From a bacterium (GTDB lineage: Bacteria > Hinthialibacterota > Hinthialibacteria > Hinthialibacterales > Hinthialibacteraceae), in the NCBI GenBank assembly GCA_041946805.1, contig JBHGBC010000002.1, positions 82,354 through 146,353 on the forward strand: a stretch of 64,000 nucleotides of DNA. Reading direction: 5' to 3'. Positions 9,304 through 19,576 of this stretch are shown here, one piece after another. How positions within the stretch are numbered: the stretch's first letter is position 1; each line of letters begins with the position of its first letter. A program made the position numbers and the translations under genes. The notes beneath the pieces are model-generated. The model saw only the letters and a list, made by a program, of their open reading frames with translations. It did not search any database and was not told the origin of the DNA.

Positions 9304-9656
9304 GGATATCAATCCGATCCAGCTATCCAGTTCCCGCCGCGGAAAGGAACAAAAGATTCATCCGGGAAGCGCGCGCATCATGAGGAAAATCGATTCCCTT
9401 CACTCCGGTCTGAGGGCGGACACCCAGATCCGTCCCAACAAAAATACCCTCCTCCTGGCCCTCGCCCAGAAGGAGCGGAAATTCAGGGGGCGGTTTTCAT
9501 CGCTCCTTTCGAAGCGATGCGGTCCGGCGATCTAAATAAAGTATGCGCTTGCCGGATGAGCCATCATTACTCCTGCCGTACCATCAAAATCCTACCGTAT
9601 GGCGATGGGATTTTTGAATTGTCTCTCAATAATCCAACGGCAGGTTTGATTTTCCC

Positions 9657-10640
9657 TTACTTCTTGGGACGGTTATGCGAGGAGGGCAGTGCGTGCGACG
9701 AGGGCCACGCCTGGGACGAGGGCCACTGCTCGGTGGTGATGTTCCACGGCACGCGCGCCCGCTGCCGCAGTACGTGGGCGGTCACGCCGGCGGACGATCC
9801 GCCCCCCGCGGCGAAATCCAGTCCCCCCGCATGCTGCAGGACGTCCTGGAATTCCTCGCTGACCATGGACCAATGTTCGTCGGTGACCGTGCTTGGCTCC
9901 CGCGGGGGCAGGGTCACCCGGTTGGATCGGGCCAACGAACGGAACTTGCCTTCCGGCCCCTTGAGCCCCAACTCGAATTCGTACGTTTGGCTGTGCGCCA
10001 GATTCAGATACCAGTTGTGCGCGTCCAGGAGGATCGGCACATCCTGGATAACCCGGCCGCTCTCGTCGTACACCAGCAGGCAGGGATCGGCGATGTCGAA
10101 AAACCACTCGCCTTCCTCGGCGCGGATGCTGTTGCGGGTCTCTTCCGATATCTCCCAGTACAAGCAGACCCAATGCGGATCCCTCGGCATGGCGCGCAGC
10201 ACGGTCACTCCATATTGGCCGGGCAGTTCAGGGCCTTCCTCGCCCTCCCACACCGGCGCGGGTTCGGCCACGGGGGCGGCGGGGGCGGGAGCGGGGACGC
10301 CCGATGTGACGGAGGCCGTTTCCAATGCGGTTTGCGGGGCCGGCGCGGGACGCGCCGGCGGAGCCGTCACCACCTCGTTTGTCTCGGATTTCGCCGCGGC
10401 CGAGGGAATCTTTTCCAAGAGCGCGGCTTTCCTGGCCGGATCGGATTTCATGAATTGCTCCATAATCGGCTTGGTTTCCTCCGGTTTTTCGGATAAGGCA
10501 TCGACCAGGTCCTGCTTCGACATGGTGCTTCGTCCCGTGATACCCATGGATTGCGCGATCCGGTAAAGGGCCGATTTGGTCAATTCGGCCAATTCCTGGA
10601 AAAGGGAATTGGAATGCGGGGGATTAGGAGTCGCAGTCAT
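9657..10640 (-). CDS. Rho_N-domain / DUF4912-like protein with Pro/Ala-rich linker
   Basis: N-terminal LTKSALYRIAQSMGITGRSTMSKQDLVDAL matches the Rho termination factor N-terminal helix-hairpin (Rho_N). Low-complexity PAPAP linker. Conserved C-terminal domain (…VLRAMPRDPHWVCLYWEISEE…DIADPCLLVYDESGRVI…). An alternative GTG start lies at 10688. Confidence 0.55.
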   Translation of the reverse strand: MTATPNPPHSNSLFQELAELTKSALYRIAQSMGITGRSTMSKQDLVDALSEKPEETKPIMEQFMKSDPARKAALLEKIPSAAAKSETNEVVTAPPARPAPAPQTALETASVTSGVPAPAPAAPVAEPAPVWEGEEGPELPGQYGVTVLRAMPRDPHWVCLYWEISEETRNSIRAEEGEWFFDIADPCLLVYDESGRVIQDVPILLDAHNWYLNLAHSQTYEFELGLKGPEGKFRSLARSNRVTLPPREPSTVTDEHWSMVSEEFQDVLQHAGGLDFAAGGGSSAGVTAHVLRQRARVPWNITTEQWPSSQAWPSSHALPSSHNRPKK

Positions 10641-11286
10641 GAGTCTCTCTCTTTCGTCAAACGACGGTTTCCCGGGCTGAGGTACCACGAAGGGTCTGAG
10701 TCAGATTTCACATAATAACTCCTAATTATAGTAGCGCAAATCGCATACCATAAGGAGAGGATTGGCGTTCAGGGGAAATTCCCTGAAAAAAAGCGATTGA
10801 CCTGCGGATACGAGGCATCGGGTGTTCAAGGACCAACAATTGGTTAGAAAAAATCAGCAGAAGCATCCAGCGCGCAGTATGGATGAAGCCCGGCCGGCTG
10901 CTCTTCCATCGAGCTGACCGGGAAGATTAACTCCCAATCCCCGTACTTCCCAGGAAAGGAATACAATGCGGGAATTTTACAGGGGTGAACTCATGCGTAC
11001 AGCCGCTTGCCGAAGAGGATATAGAAAGCCTTTTTCAACATCCGATGCCAACTACCCGGTGGAAACGTTTTTCCAAAGGGACCGTGGATTATCCTTGTCT
11101 ATGCCAGGCCCTTCTGGTATATTCCGTCGGACGTAACCAGAAACCGAAATGCCGCGCCCCGGTTCCGCCGCCATTTCCGGGACGCGCCAGGCGGTTCCGG
11201 CCCCGATGCGGTTTGCCCGTGGAATCCATTCGTCCCACCGGTTGAGGTCAAATGTCCCCACTCCGGGGATCCAGCATGAAAACGCG

Positions 11287-12411
11287 ATGAATTGGCACCA
11301 CTATCTCGCCCTCTTCTTCCAAGGCTTTCTTTTCTCGGTGATTATGACTCCCGTTATGCGGCGCCTGGCGCCCTCCTTGGGTTTCCTCGATCAGCCCGGC
11401 GAACGCAAGGTCCACAGCCATCCCAAACCCCTGCTCGGCGGCGCGGCGATCTTTCTCTCGTATGTGCTCCTGATCGGCATCGACCTGGCCGTATTGCGCT
11501 GGATTTTCGTGCAGGACATCCGCGGGACGGGCTGGCTCGCCAACCAGCTCAATCTGCTGGCCTGGAACGCGGCGGGTGTCACCCGGGTGATCCACCAGTT
11601 GGCGGGCCTGCTGGCCGGGGGAACGGTCCTGTTCCTCGTGGGGCTGGTGGACGACCGGATCGGGCTGAAACCCTTCGTGAAACTGGCCGCCCAGACCCTC
11701 GCCGCCGTGATCCTTTACCTGGCCAACGTGCAGATCGCCTTGTTCATCTATCACCCGATGATCAATTTTCTCATCACCCTTGCCTGGATCGTCCTCATCA
11801 CCAACTCCTTCAACCTGCTGGACAACATGGACGGCCTCTCGGGGGGAGTGGCCATGATCTGCCTGATCCTCATCGGCATCTCCACGCAGTTGGTCAACAA
11901 GCAGATCTTCATGACCTCCGCGTCGTTCGCCCTGGCGGGCTGCATTGCTGGATTTTTGCGGTATAACCTGCATCCCTCCACGATCTTCATGGGCGATGCG
12001 GGTTCATTGTTCATCGGCTTCACGGTGGCGGCCCTGACCATTCAAGCCACGTACTATCAATACGGCACCGAAACCGCCACCGCCTGGGCGGTGGTGATGC
12101 CCTTCGTTATCCTGGCGGTGCCCATTTTCGATACGCTGTCGGTGATCTGCATCCGGCTGCGCAATCACAAGCCGGTCTTCGTAGGCGACAAAAACCATTT
12201 TTCCCACCGCCTCGTGGCCCTGGGCATGAGCCAGCGGCGGGCGGTGTTCTTTATTCATCTGATCACCTTGTGCGAGGGCAGCGCGGCGCTCATCCTGGCC
12301 ATCATCACCGAGTCGTTCGGGGCCTATATCGTGTTGACCCAGACGGTGCTCTTCTTCATCATCATCGCCATGCTGGAACGGGTGCGCAATCACTCCCAAC
12401 CGTCTTCTTGA
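11287..12411 (+). CDS. Glycosyltransferase family 4 polyprenyl-phosphate N-acetylhexosamine-1-phosphate transferase (WecA/WbpL/MraY-like)
   Basis: MNWHHYLALFFQ… with …DNMDGLSGG…, the MraY/WecA signature (NxxNxxDGIDGL-like), and 10-11 TM helices. Start chosen at ATG 11287, where the conserved N-terminus begins. The track's 11149 start adds an unconserved Arg/Pro-rich extension. Confidence 0.8.
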   Translation: MNWHHYLALFFQGFLFSVIMTPVMRRLAPSLGFLDQPGERKVHSHPKPLLGGAAIFLSYVLLIGIDLAVLRWIFVQDIRGTGWLANQLNLLAWNAAGVTRVIHQLAGLLAGGTVLFLVGLVDDRIGLKPFVKLAAQTLAAVILYLANVQIALFIYHPMINFLITLAWIVLITNSFNLLDNMDGLSGGVAMICLILIGISTQLVNKQIFMTSASFALAGCIAGFLRYNLHPSTIFMGDAGSLFIGFTVAALTIQATYYQYGTETATAWAVVMPFVILAVPIFDTLSVICIRLRNHKPVFVGDKNHFSHRLVALGMSQRRAVFFIHLITLCEGSAALILAIITESFGAYIVLTQTVLFFIIIAMLERVRNHSQPSS

Positions 12412-12908
12412 GTTTCATCCGGCCGCGGCGGCGGGTCTTTCTGGCGCAGCCATTCCCAAAAGATGATCCGGAACAACAGAAGGACTACCAGAAAAATGAA
12501 GAGGTTTTTGATCAAGTAGTACGGGACCGGATTTTGCAGCCGGACTTCACCGAATAGCACATACTCCATCCCGTTCATCAGGTAGAGCAGTCCCATCAGC
12601 AAACCCAGGTAGAAGACATGCGACTCGTAGGCGGTCCAACGGGACAACCGCCACGCCCGGTAGAGGATGGCGGCCGAAAAGAGGGTGAACAACAAGGCGA
12701 TCAGGGCGTACACCACCAAGCCCAGGTTGTTGCGCAGATGGACAAAGCCGAGAGGCGTCAGGTTGAACGCGATCGTGGTTTCCAGGTACAGGCCGAACAG
12801 AAACGCGATGACGAGCGTCAGGATCACGGAAATCTTGATGAGGGGCGACTTCCATAAATCCATATCACCCGCCGATTCATCCGGATGAGTGATCGATTGC
12901 TGTTCCAT
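12390..12908 (-). CDS. Hypothetical small integral membrane protein (4 TM)
   Basis: 172-aa ORF with four hydrophobic helices. Coding-like composition. Converges on the WecA-like gene with a 22-nt overlap. Confidence 0.45.
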   Translation of the reverse strand: MEQQSITHPDESAGDMDLWKSPLIKISVILTLVIAFLFGLYLETTIAFNLTPLGFVHLRNNLGLVVYALIALLFTLFSAAILYRAWRLSRWTAYESHVFYLGLLMGLLYLMNGMEYVLFGEVRLQNPVPYYLIKNLFIFLVVLLLFRIIFWEWLRQKDPPPRPDETQEDGWE

Positions 12909-13113
12909 GAGTGAGTATCATACAAAGAAATCACCGCGGATCAAAGCAATGGACGTTTGGATCGGCACGAAAATTCCTGGCCGTGGTTTCATGGCCGTCC
13001 GGCCATTTACTTCCTTCCCGCGGTTCGCCTAGAATGACTGGCTGGAGATCGTACTACGGGGGAATCGGAAAAAGAACGCGCCCCCGGTTTATTTCTGTCT
13101 GGGAAGGTCTACC

Positions 13114-14319
13114 ATGCGGATCCTGGTCACCAATGTCGGCAGCACCTCACTCAAGTACCATCTCTACGATTTCCCCCAGGAACAGTCGCGGGCTTCCGGA
13201 CGGGTGGAACGGATCGGCTCGGGAAAGGGGATGGCGGCCTGGAACCACGGCGGGCAAACAGGCAGCGCGGAACAGGCCTTCGCCAGCCACCGCGAGGCCA
13301 TCGAGTTCATCCTGGAAAAACTGCGGGAGAACGGCCTCGCCTCCATCAGCGATTTGGACTGTGTGGCCTTCAAGACCGTCATCGCCAAGGGATACGTAGG
13401 CTGCGAATGGCTGGATGAAACGGTCTTGCAGGCCATGCAGGATTATGTATTTCTGGCCCCCGCCCACAATCCCCCGTACATCAAGGCCATCCGCCTGTTC
13501 CGGGAGATTCTGCCGGACACGCCGCTGATCGGCCTGTTCGAACCAGCCTTTCACCTCACCATGCCCGAGTACGCCCGGGTGTACCCCATCCCCAAGGCCT
13601 GGCGGGAGAAACACCGGATCCAACGCTATGGATTTCACGGCGCGTCGCACCGCTATATCTCCGAACGCCTGCCCCAATTGATGAACCGCCCGAAGGAAGA
13701 TCTTAACCTCATTTCCTGCCACTTGGGCGGCAGTTCGTCCTTGTGCGCGATCGCCGGGGGGAAATCCATCGACACCTCCCTGGGATTCACGCCCCAGACC
13801 GGCATCTTCCACGGTTCGCGGATCGGGGATTTCGATCCCTTCGCCGTGCTGTTCCTGATGCGGGAAGAAGGCTTTACGATTGACACCATGGTGGACGAAT
13901 TGACCCGGAAGAGCGGGCTCTTGGGCCTCTCGGGCGTATCGGAGGACATGCGCGACATCGAGGCGGCCATGGACGCGGGGAATCCGGACGCGGCCCTTGC
14001 GTTTCAATCGTTTTGCTACCATATAAAGAAATATATCGGCGCCTATACGGCGGTGCTTGGCCGCGTCGACGCCCTGGCCTTCGCCGGAGGTATCGGCGAA
14101 CGCGGGGCGCGCGTGCGGGAAGAGGTTTGCCGGGGATTGGACCATCTGGGCATCTGCCTCGATCCCTCTCAAAACGCCGCCTGTTCCGCCAGGGAGATGG
14201 ATCTCAGCGCTCCGGGAGCCCCGGTGGCCGTCTGGGTGGTCCCCACCAACGAGGAACTGATCGTCGCGCGCGCGGCCTATGAGAAACTGGGAACCGTGGA
14301 CCAAGCCACCCAGCCGTAA
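13114..14319 (+). CDS. ackA: Acetate kinase
   Basis: MRILVTNVGSTSLKYHLYDF…, the canonical acetate/propionate kinase N-terminus. 401 aa. Conserved …ISCHLGGSSS…, …HGSRIGD…. Confidence 0.9.
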   Translation: MRILVTNVGSTSLKYHLYDFPQEQSRASGRVERIGSGKGMAAWNHGGQTGSAEQAFASHREAIEFILEKLRENGLASISDLDCVAFKTVIAKGYVGCEWLDETVLQAMQDYVFLAPAHNPPYIKAIRLFREILPDTPLIGLFEPAFHLTMPEYARVYPIPKAWREKHRIQRYGFHGASHRYISERLPQLMNRPKEDLNLISCHLGGSSSLCAIAGGKSIDTSLGFTPQTGIFHGSRIGDFDPFAVLFLMREEGFTIDTMVDELTRKSGLLGLSGVSEDMRDIEAAMDAGNPDAALAFQSFCYHIKKYIGAYTAVLGRVDALAFAGGIGERGARVREEVCRGLDHLGICLDPSQNAACSAREMDLSAPGAPVAVWVVPTNEELIVARAAYEKLGTVDQATQP

Positions 14320-14382
14320 CGTGACGAAATCTGTGGTTATCAACCCGTTCCAGCGGTTAAACACCCGCGTAGGTGCGATTTT

Positions 14383-15384
14383 GTGTTTGAACAATCGGGA
14401 AGGAATGCAATCGTGCGAGGCAATGGAGGCAGGACCTTGAAAGTCTTCTCCGGGTTGTCCAACCGCCCCCTGGCGGAAGAAATCTGTTCCTACATGGACA
14501 TTCCTCTCGGCAAAATAGAAATCATCGAATTCAAGAACGAAAACCTCTTCGTCCGGATCGGTGAAAACGTGCGGGAATGCGATGTGTTCGTCATTCAGAC
14601 CTCCACTACGCCCGTCAACACCCGCATCATGGAATTGCTTTTGATGATCGACGCCATGAAGCACGCCTCGGCGGCGCGCGTCACCGCCGTGTTGCCCTAT
14701 TTCCCCTACGTCCGCTCCGACAAGAAGGACCAGCCCCGCATTTCTATCGCCGCCCGGCTGATGGTCGATCTCATCGAGGCCGCGGGAGCCGACCGGGTGC
14801 TGACCATGAACCTGCACTCGTTCCAGATCCAGGGTTTCTTCCGGATCCCCACCGACCACCTGCTGGCCACGCCCGTGCTGGTCGATTATTTCAAGAACAC
14901 GGATGTCTCCAACTCGGTGGTGGTCGCGCCCGACGCGGGCAGCGCCAAGCGGGCGGAAAAATACGCCCGGCTGCTGAACCTGCCCCTGGCCATCATCGAC
15001 AAGCGGCGGATCGGCAACAAGGACACGGCAGTGGTCAAACACATCATCGGCGACGTGAAGGGGAAGCGGGCGATCATCTTCGATGACGAGATCAGCACCG
15101 GCGGCTCGCTCATCAACACGGCGGAGACCTTGGAAGAGCAAGGCGTGACCGACATCCGCGCCAGCGTGGTGCACCCGGTGTTGTGCGGCGACGCCGTGGA
15201 ACGGATTCAAAACTCCAACATCAGCGAAGTGATCGTCACCAACACCATCCCGGTCGAAGGCCCCAAAAAGATCGACAAGATCAAGGTGCTGTCGGTGGGC
15301 AAGATTTTTGCCAAGGCCATCCGCCGCATCCACAACGGCGAATCGGTGAGCGTGTTGTTTACGCCGTTCGAGGATTTTAAATAG
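14383..15384 (+). CDS. prs: Ribose-phosphate pyrophosphokinase (PRPP synthetase)
   Basis: LKVFSGLSNRPLAEEI…CDVFVIQTS…PYFPYVRSDKKDQPR…VVAPDAGSAKRA… DDEISTGGS, the PRPP synthetase motifs. Exact start codon uncertain (14383 or the GTG a few codons in). Confidence 0.9.
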   Translation: MFEQSGRNAIVRGNGGRTLKVFSGLSNRPLAEEICSYMDIPLGKIEIIEFKNENLFVRIGENVRECDVFVIQTSTTPVNTRIMELLLMIDAMKHASAARVTAVLPYFPYVRSDKKDQPRISIAARLMVDLIEAAGADRVLTMNLHSFQIQGFFRIPTDHLLATPVLVDYFKNTDVSNSVVVAPDAGSAKRAEKYARLLNLPLAIIDKRRIGNKDTAVVKHIIGDVKGKRAIIFDDEISTGGSLINTAETLEEQGVTDIRASVVHPVLCGDAVERIQNSNISEVIVTNTIPVEGPKKIDKIKVLSVGKIFAKAIRRIHNGESVSVLFTPFEDFK

Positions 15385-15472
15385 GCAAAAATGAACCCAA
15401 TCAGATAACCGGGATGGTTGGAATGAACTGTCAACCATCAAGCACTCAGGAACCGGATGAACTTAATTTACC

Positions 15473-15691
15473 TCAAGGAAAATATCGACAGATTTCACTT
15501 CGATGCAAAAAGCGGACAAAGATCAGTGGCTTTTGCTCGGAGAAAAGTCCAATCCGGTATTCCCCGATTCGAATGGCCCAGTGTGAGCCCTCCGTTTTCA
15601 GTTTTTTCAATTGAGAAATAGACGGGTGGTCATCCGCCTGTTCCACGAGGAGAATCAATTTTTTTGATCCTCCGCAATAAGGATTGATCAT
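15473..15691 (-). CDS. RelE/ParE-family toxin-like small protein (72 aa)
   Basis: C-terminus …WAIRIGEYRIGLFSEQKPLIFVRFLHRSEI matches the RelE/ParE consensus RIGDYRIIY…(8-10 aa)…VLRIGHRxxxY. Starts 3 nt after the stop of the upstream 82-aa ORF. Lies in a low-GC gap after prs. Confidence 0.5.
   Translation of the reverse strand: MINPYCGGSKKLILLVEQADDHPSISQLKKLKTEGSHWAIRIGEYRIGLFSEQKPLIFVRFLHRSEICRYFP
15619..15633. repeat. 15-mer tagacgggtggtcat, copy 1 (second copy at 19620..19634)
   Basis: Exact 15-nt match in two separate intergenic regions. Very unlikely by chance in 64 kb. Confidence 0.6.
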
Positions 15692-15694
15692 GTA

Positions 15695-15943
15695 TTATTT
15701 CGGGATCTTTACAAAATGATTCCCGGAAAGCGGTTTTCCTGGTTTATCATCGAGCCGTGAGATGATTTCATCCCGGCTGACCGGCGGCGTGCCCATCCCT
15801 TCATCGACCGCCCGGCTCAGCGCGTTATCCTCCCCGATGCCATGGATATATTCCTGAATTTCCTTCTTTTGCTCGATTAGGAATTCATTGAATGCTTCCT
15901 TGATCAGTTTCTTAAGAACCTTTTCATTCGTGGAAAGGTTCAT
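15695..15943 (-). CDS. Putative antitoxin / addiction-module component (82 aa) upstream of the RelE-like ORF
   Basis: …EYIHGIGEDNALSRAVDEGMGTPPVSRDEIISRL resembles the C-terminus of the short 'putative addiction module component' (TIGR02574-like) partners of RelE/ParE toxins. Operon arrangement fits an antitoxin-toxin pair. Confidence 0.4.
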   Translation of the reverse strand: MNLSTNEKVLKKLIKEAFNEFLIEQKKEIQEYIHGIGEDNALSRAVDEGMGTPPVSRDEIISRLDDKPGKPLSGNHFVKIPK

Positions 15944-16044
15944 AGCTCTTCCCTGTTTTTTTATCGTTATTCCAGATCCATTATACTCTAGGGGGGTGGT
16001 GGGATTTCATTAAACCGGCTTTTTTCGCAAGGCGTCTTTCTCCC

Positions 16045-18999
16045 TCACCGCGACGTCAATTCCTTCATCTTCGTGTACACGGCGGGATCATCGGCCGCGC
16101 CGTGGAATTCGAAGGGAACATATTGGTTCAATTCCTTGTGCATGAAGCCCCACGACGCGCCGTTCCGGACGGACAACTCCGCCGCTTGAGCCGCCTCTGC
16201 CCCGGTTTTGTCATCCTCGTTGCAGACGATCGGTTTGCCGTACTTTTTCAAAGCTTGTATGCATAGGGGAATATCTTTGAGAGCCACCCCGTTGAAATGG
16301 ATCAGGATGAAATCCGCCGCTTCCGCCACGGCTTCGGGATACCGCCCATCGCCGATGCCGCTGGTGGATACCAGCAACTCCGGCCAGGTGCGCCTCGCCA
16401 GGCGGATCAGTTCCGCCTCTCCTTCCGGCGATTTGAGGATCGCGTGGTCATAGCCCTCGTGGGGGAACTCGTTGGCGATTTCCAGCAGGACATGCGTGAA
16501 GCCCTCGGAGCGGATCCAGTTCACGGTTTCCACCACCGCCCGGCGCACGGCGGCCTCGTCGCGCAGAATCTGGTCCTGCCGTTGATAGAAACACCCCAGG
16601 ATGACCGCGCAACCCTGACTGTCGCAGGCATCGATCACCCGCTTGACTCTCGGGAGATACGTCTCGTCCAGGGATCCGTCCGGGTGAAACGCGGAATTGA
16701 CCGCGCCTTCGTATCCCGGCATGCCGCCCTGCAGGTTGAGGGTGAACGCGCGGACGCCATGCGATACGTAATCGGGGATCCGCCGGATGAAACGGTCCGT
16801 GTTTTCATCGGGATCGAATTCAGGCTTGTTCTTGTCCTCAAAGGTCGAATTGACCATGCGGACGTTCATCAGCAGACCCTCGGCCGGGGTGCCGGGATAG
16901 GTTACTGATCCGTTCACGTGCCATTTTCCATCCTGAAGCGATATCTTGACCGCCTGGCCGGCATGTTGGGAATGATCATCCGCGAGGGTGAAGAAGGCCT
17001 GCCGGACGGAGAAACAATCCTGGCCGGAGAAAACCAGCCAGGCGGAGCGGCCGTCCAGGCTCATCCATTTCGGAGGAAACGAGCTGGTTTCGCCGGGGCC
17101 GGTATCCCATAACTCCGTGAAATAGGCTGTAGTCCAAGGTCCCCAAGGCTCGGGAGCGTCGTAGATGCCGAATCCGCCTTCGAAGCGGGGGGCCTCGCCG
17201 GGGAGAATCTGGCACCACAAGTAACGTTGCAAGGCGGGATTGAAGCTGATCCCGGAACGGTAACAGCGCCGGTAATGATCAAAGACGCCGCCGCGCTCGC
17301 GGATATCCCGGGTCCAGACCGGCCGGCCGTATTCATCGAGCCGCCGGAAGAATTCATAGGCGGATTGATCCCGCAGGCGTTCCTTGGGGACGCGGGCCAT
17401 CACCATGCGGTCCGCGGCCTCGTAGGCGCTGCCGCTGTCCGGCGAGTAGATATAGACATGCCCATCGCACGCAGTTTCATAATTCTTCCCGAAATTCAAA
17501 AAAGTAGGGCAGCCGAAACTCTCGGTGAATTTCCAGTCACACCAATGCCAGGTTTGCGCGTGATCGTCTGACCAAGCCAGTTGAGAATTACCGGCATTGC
17601 GCGCCCAGAGGTACAAAACGCCGTCCACCATCAGCAGGCCGCTGGCTTTTTTCCCCTGCGGCCCCTCGCCGATTTGCTCCCCGCTTTGGGGCCGGATATT
17701 GGTTCCCTGAATCGCCGGCGGCATGCCGGACACGCGGGCGAAACCCAGGCTTAACTTTTCGGAGATGAAAGGCTCGAATCCGGCCCCGTCCCCGTACGCG
17801 GTATAGAGTTCATCGTCATCCGCCCAGGTTAGAGGCCAGTTGTCTCCACCGGTGGCCATCCGAACGATGGTAGAGACAGGCGCCCAGGCCACCTCCCGAA
17901 TCACCGGGCTGGGGGGATAAGGTTTCCTTACGGAATCCACGATGAGCCGCACGGCGCGGTTGGTCTGGGTGTCCGGATTACCGGGGCTGTCGTCGTGATC
18001 CTCGACGGTCGTATCGTTCCAGGAAACCACCAAGTCCAGGCTGGGGAAAATCCAGACCGCCCGCTTGCCGCCATGACCGCTGGCCACGAACGTATCGGGC
18101 GGCGCGGCGGTAAACAAGCGGCGGCCTTGCTGATCGGTTTTGTTCAACCACCAGTTGAAACTGTAAAAGCCAGGACCGATGGGGGTGATGTTTTTACCTC
18201 CGCCGATGGAACGCTGGCCGGGAAGCATATCGGCTTCGCGGCCGCTGACGGGCGGCGTATCCGCGGGAACCAGGCTGTAGAGCATGAGATCGAAGTACTT
18301 TTTCTCCAGAAGTTGTTGATCCAGCCAGCGTCCCTGGTTGAGCATCCAGAGGCCGTAACGGGCGAAATCGCGGACCGACAGCGCCAGGCGGCCGGGACGG
18401 TTTTGGGGACCGAACGCGTCGAAGGTATAGGAATCCTGGAATCCCAGCGGCTTGGCGATGTATTGGGCCAGCACGTCCGTGCCGGATTTATGAAACACCT
18501 TATCCATTAACGTGTCGTAATACAGGGCGAGGGCGAAATCGTTGTACGCCCACGCCGTGCCTGGCGGTTCCGCCCAGCCGTAGGCGGCGGTCTGCGAGGC
18601 GAGATGCCGCCAGGTCATGGATGCGTCCTTGCCTTGGTTGATCTCCTTCAAACGCGGCTCCCAGTTGGTGACCAGATCGTCGGGGCTGGAGAGTTTCCCT
18701 TCCTGCAACGCGAAACACAGCAACGTGCTCAATACCGGTTTGAAGGCGGAGGCCACATCTCCGCTGCGGGTTGGATCCCCCCAGGCATAGACCATATACC
18801 CATACCGGACTACACAGCCGCGCCCGCCCACCAGATCCCGCAAGGCATCCAGTTCACCGGCATCGAGTCCGGCTTCGTCCGGCGTCTTGGTCTGCCACTC
18901 TTCCCGCGGAAAAACGAGAGAGACTCCCGCCGCCCGGCCGGCGCCAGGAAATCCGGAAAGCATGAAGCATAGGGGTATTATGAAATGGATAGGTTTCAT
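16045..18999 (-). CDS. Secreted 984-aa multidomain hydrolase. N-terminal beta-lactamase-fold serine hydrolase, central DUF4185-like beta-propeller, C-terminal GH-A (GH5-like) TIM-barrel
   Basis: Signal peptide MKPIHFIIPLCFMLSGFPGAG. S-x-x-K (SAFKPV) and Y-x-N (AWAYNDF) motifs of class C beta-lactamase/family VIII esterases. Middle region has TAYGDGAG and WSDDHAQTW (Asp-box-like). C-terminal HVLLEIANEFPHEGYDH and IVCNEDD are GH5-type NE motifs. Confidence 0.7.
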   Translation of the reverse strand: MKPIHFIIPLCFMLSGFPGAGRAAGVSLVFPREEWQTKTPDEAGLDAGELDALRDLVGGRGCVVRYGYMVYAWGDPTRSGDVASAFKPVLSTLLCFALQEGKLSSPDDLVTNWEPRLKEINQGKDASMTWRHLASQTAAYGWAEPPGTAWAYNDFALALYYDTLMDKVFHKSGTDVLAQYIAKPLGFQDSYTFDAFGPQNRPGRLALSVRDFARYGLWMLNQGRWLDQQLLEKKYFDLMLYSLVPADTPPVSGREADMLPGQRSIGGGKNITPIGPGFYSFNWWLNKTDQQGRRLFTAAPPDTFVASGHGGKRAVWIFPSLDLVVSWNDTTVEDHDDSPGNPDTQTNRAVRLIVDSVRKPYPPSPVIREVAWAPVSTIVRMATGGDNWPLTWADDDELYTAYGDGAGFEPFISEKLSLGFARVSGMPPAIQGTNIRPQSGEQIGEGPQGKKASGLLMVDGVLYLWARNAGNSQLAWSDDHAQTWHWCDWKFTESFGCPTFLNFGKNYETACDGHVYIYSPDSGSAYEAADRMVMARVPKERLRDQSAYEFFRRLDEYGRPVWTRDIRERGGVFDHYRRCYRSGISFNPALQRYLWCQILPGEAPRFEGGFGIYDAPEPWGPWTTAYFTELWDTGPGETSSFPPKWMSLDGRSAWLVFSGQDCFSVRQAFFTLADDHSQHAGQAVKISLQDGKWHVNGSVTYPGTPAEGLLMNVRMVNSTFEDKNKPEFDPDENTDRFIRRIPDYVSHGVRAFTLNLQGGMPGYEGAVNSAFHPDGSLDETYLPRVKRVIDACDSQGCAVILGCFYQRQDQILRDEAAVRRAVVETVNWIRSEGFTHVLLEIANEFPHEGYDHAILKSPEGEAELIRLARRTWPELLVSTSGIGDGRYPEAVAEAADFILIHFNGVALKDIPLCIQALKKYGKPIVCNEDDKTGAEAAQAAELSVRNGASWGFMHKELNQYVPFEFHGAADDPAVYTKMKELTSR

Positions 19000-19458
19000 A
19001 CTCTGAGATCCTTTTGGAATCCATCATGTGAACAGAAATTGGGGCTATTTTACCGGAAGGAACGGATCGATGGGAACGCCGGCGGCGCGAGATAAAATAT
19101 CCCCACGATTTGCTACCGGACTGCAAGTTATGAAGCGTAGGGGCACATTGCAACGTGCCCCCGCTTTGCATGTGAAAGGCCATTAAGCCGATTGGCGCGG
19201 GAGAGTGGGCTCAAGCATGTTTTCATCCTCGGATACCCGCTTTAACCTCGGGTCCTTTATGAACCGCACCAAAACAATGCTGGTTTTAACTTGGGGATAC
19301 AAAACACCTTTCTTTTCGGTTTCCCCTCTCCCTTTGGGCCGATCTCAAGTTCATGAAAATCGATGCATATATATGGCGCATCCAGCAAGTGCGTACTTAT
19401 TTTCCGATCGCCGGTTCGCATCTCTTCGAAGTGATCGATGAAAACCACCCCCCAAATT

Positions 19459-19491
19459 CCCTCTCCCTCTGGGAGAGGGCTAGGGTGAGGG
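19459..19491. repeat. REP-like element, copy B (ccctctccctctgggagagggctagggtgaggg)
   Basis: Exact reverse complement of copy C at 36168..36200. Confidence 0.75.
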
Positions 19492-19576
19492 AATTTTTGT
19501 AGGGGCGGACCTTGGTGTCCGTCCCCATCCAGAAGTGAATGGAATCGCTTTTACCTCATGATGTACGCACTTCTCG

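Noticed and set aside
13147-15441. 764-aa ORF on the minus strand spanning ackA and prs
   Set aside because: Antisense to two strongly conserved genes. A typical long open frame of high-GC DNA. No homology features.
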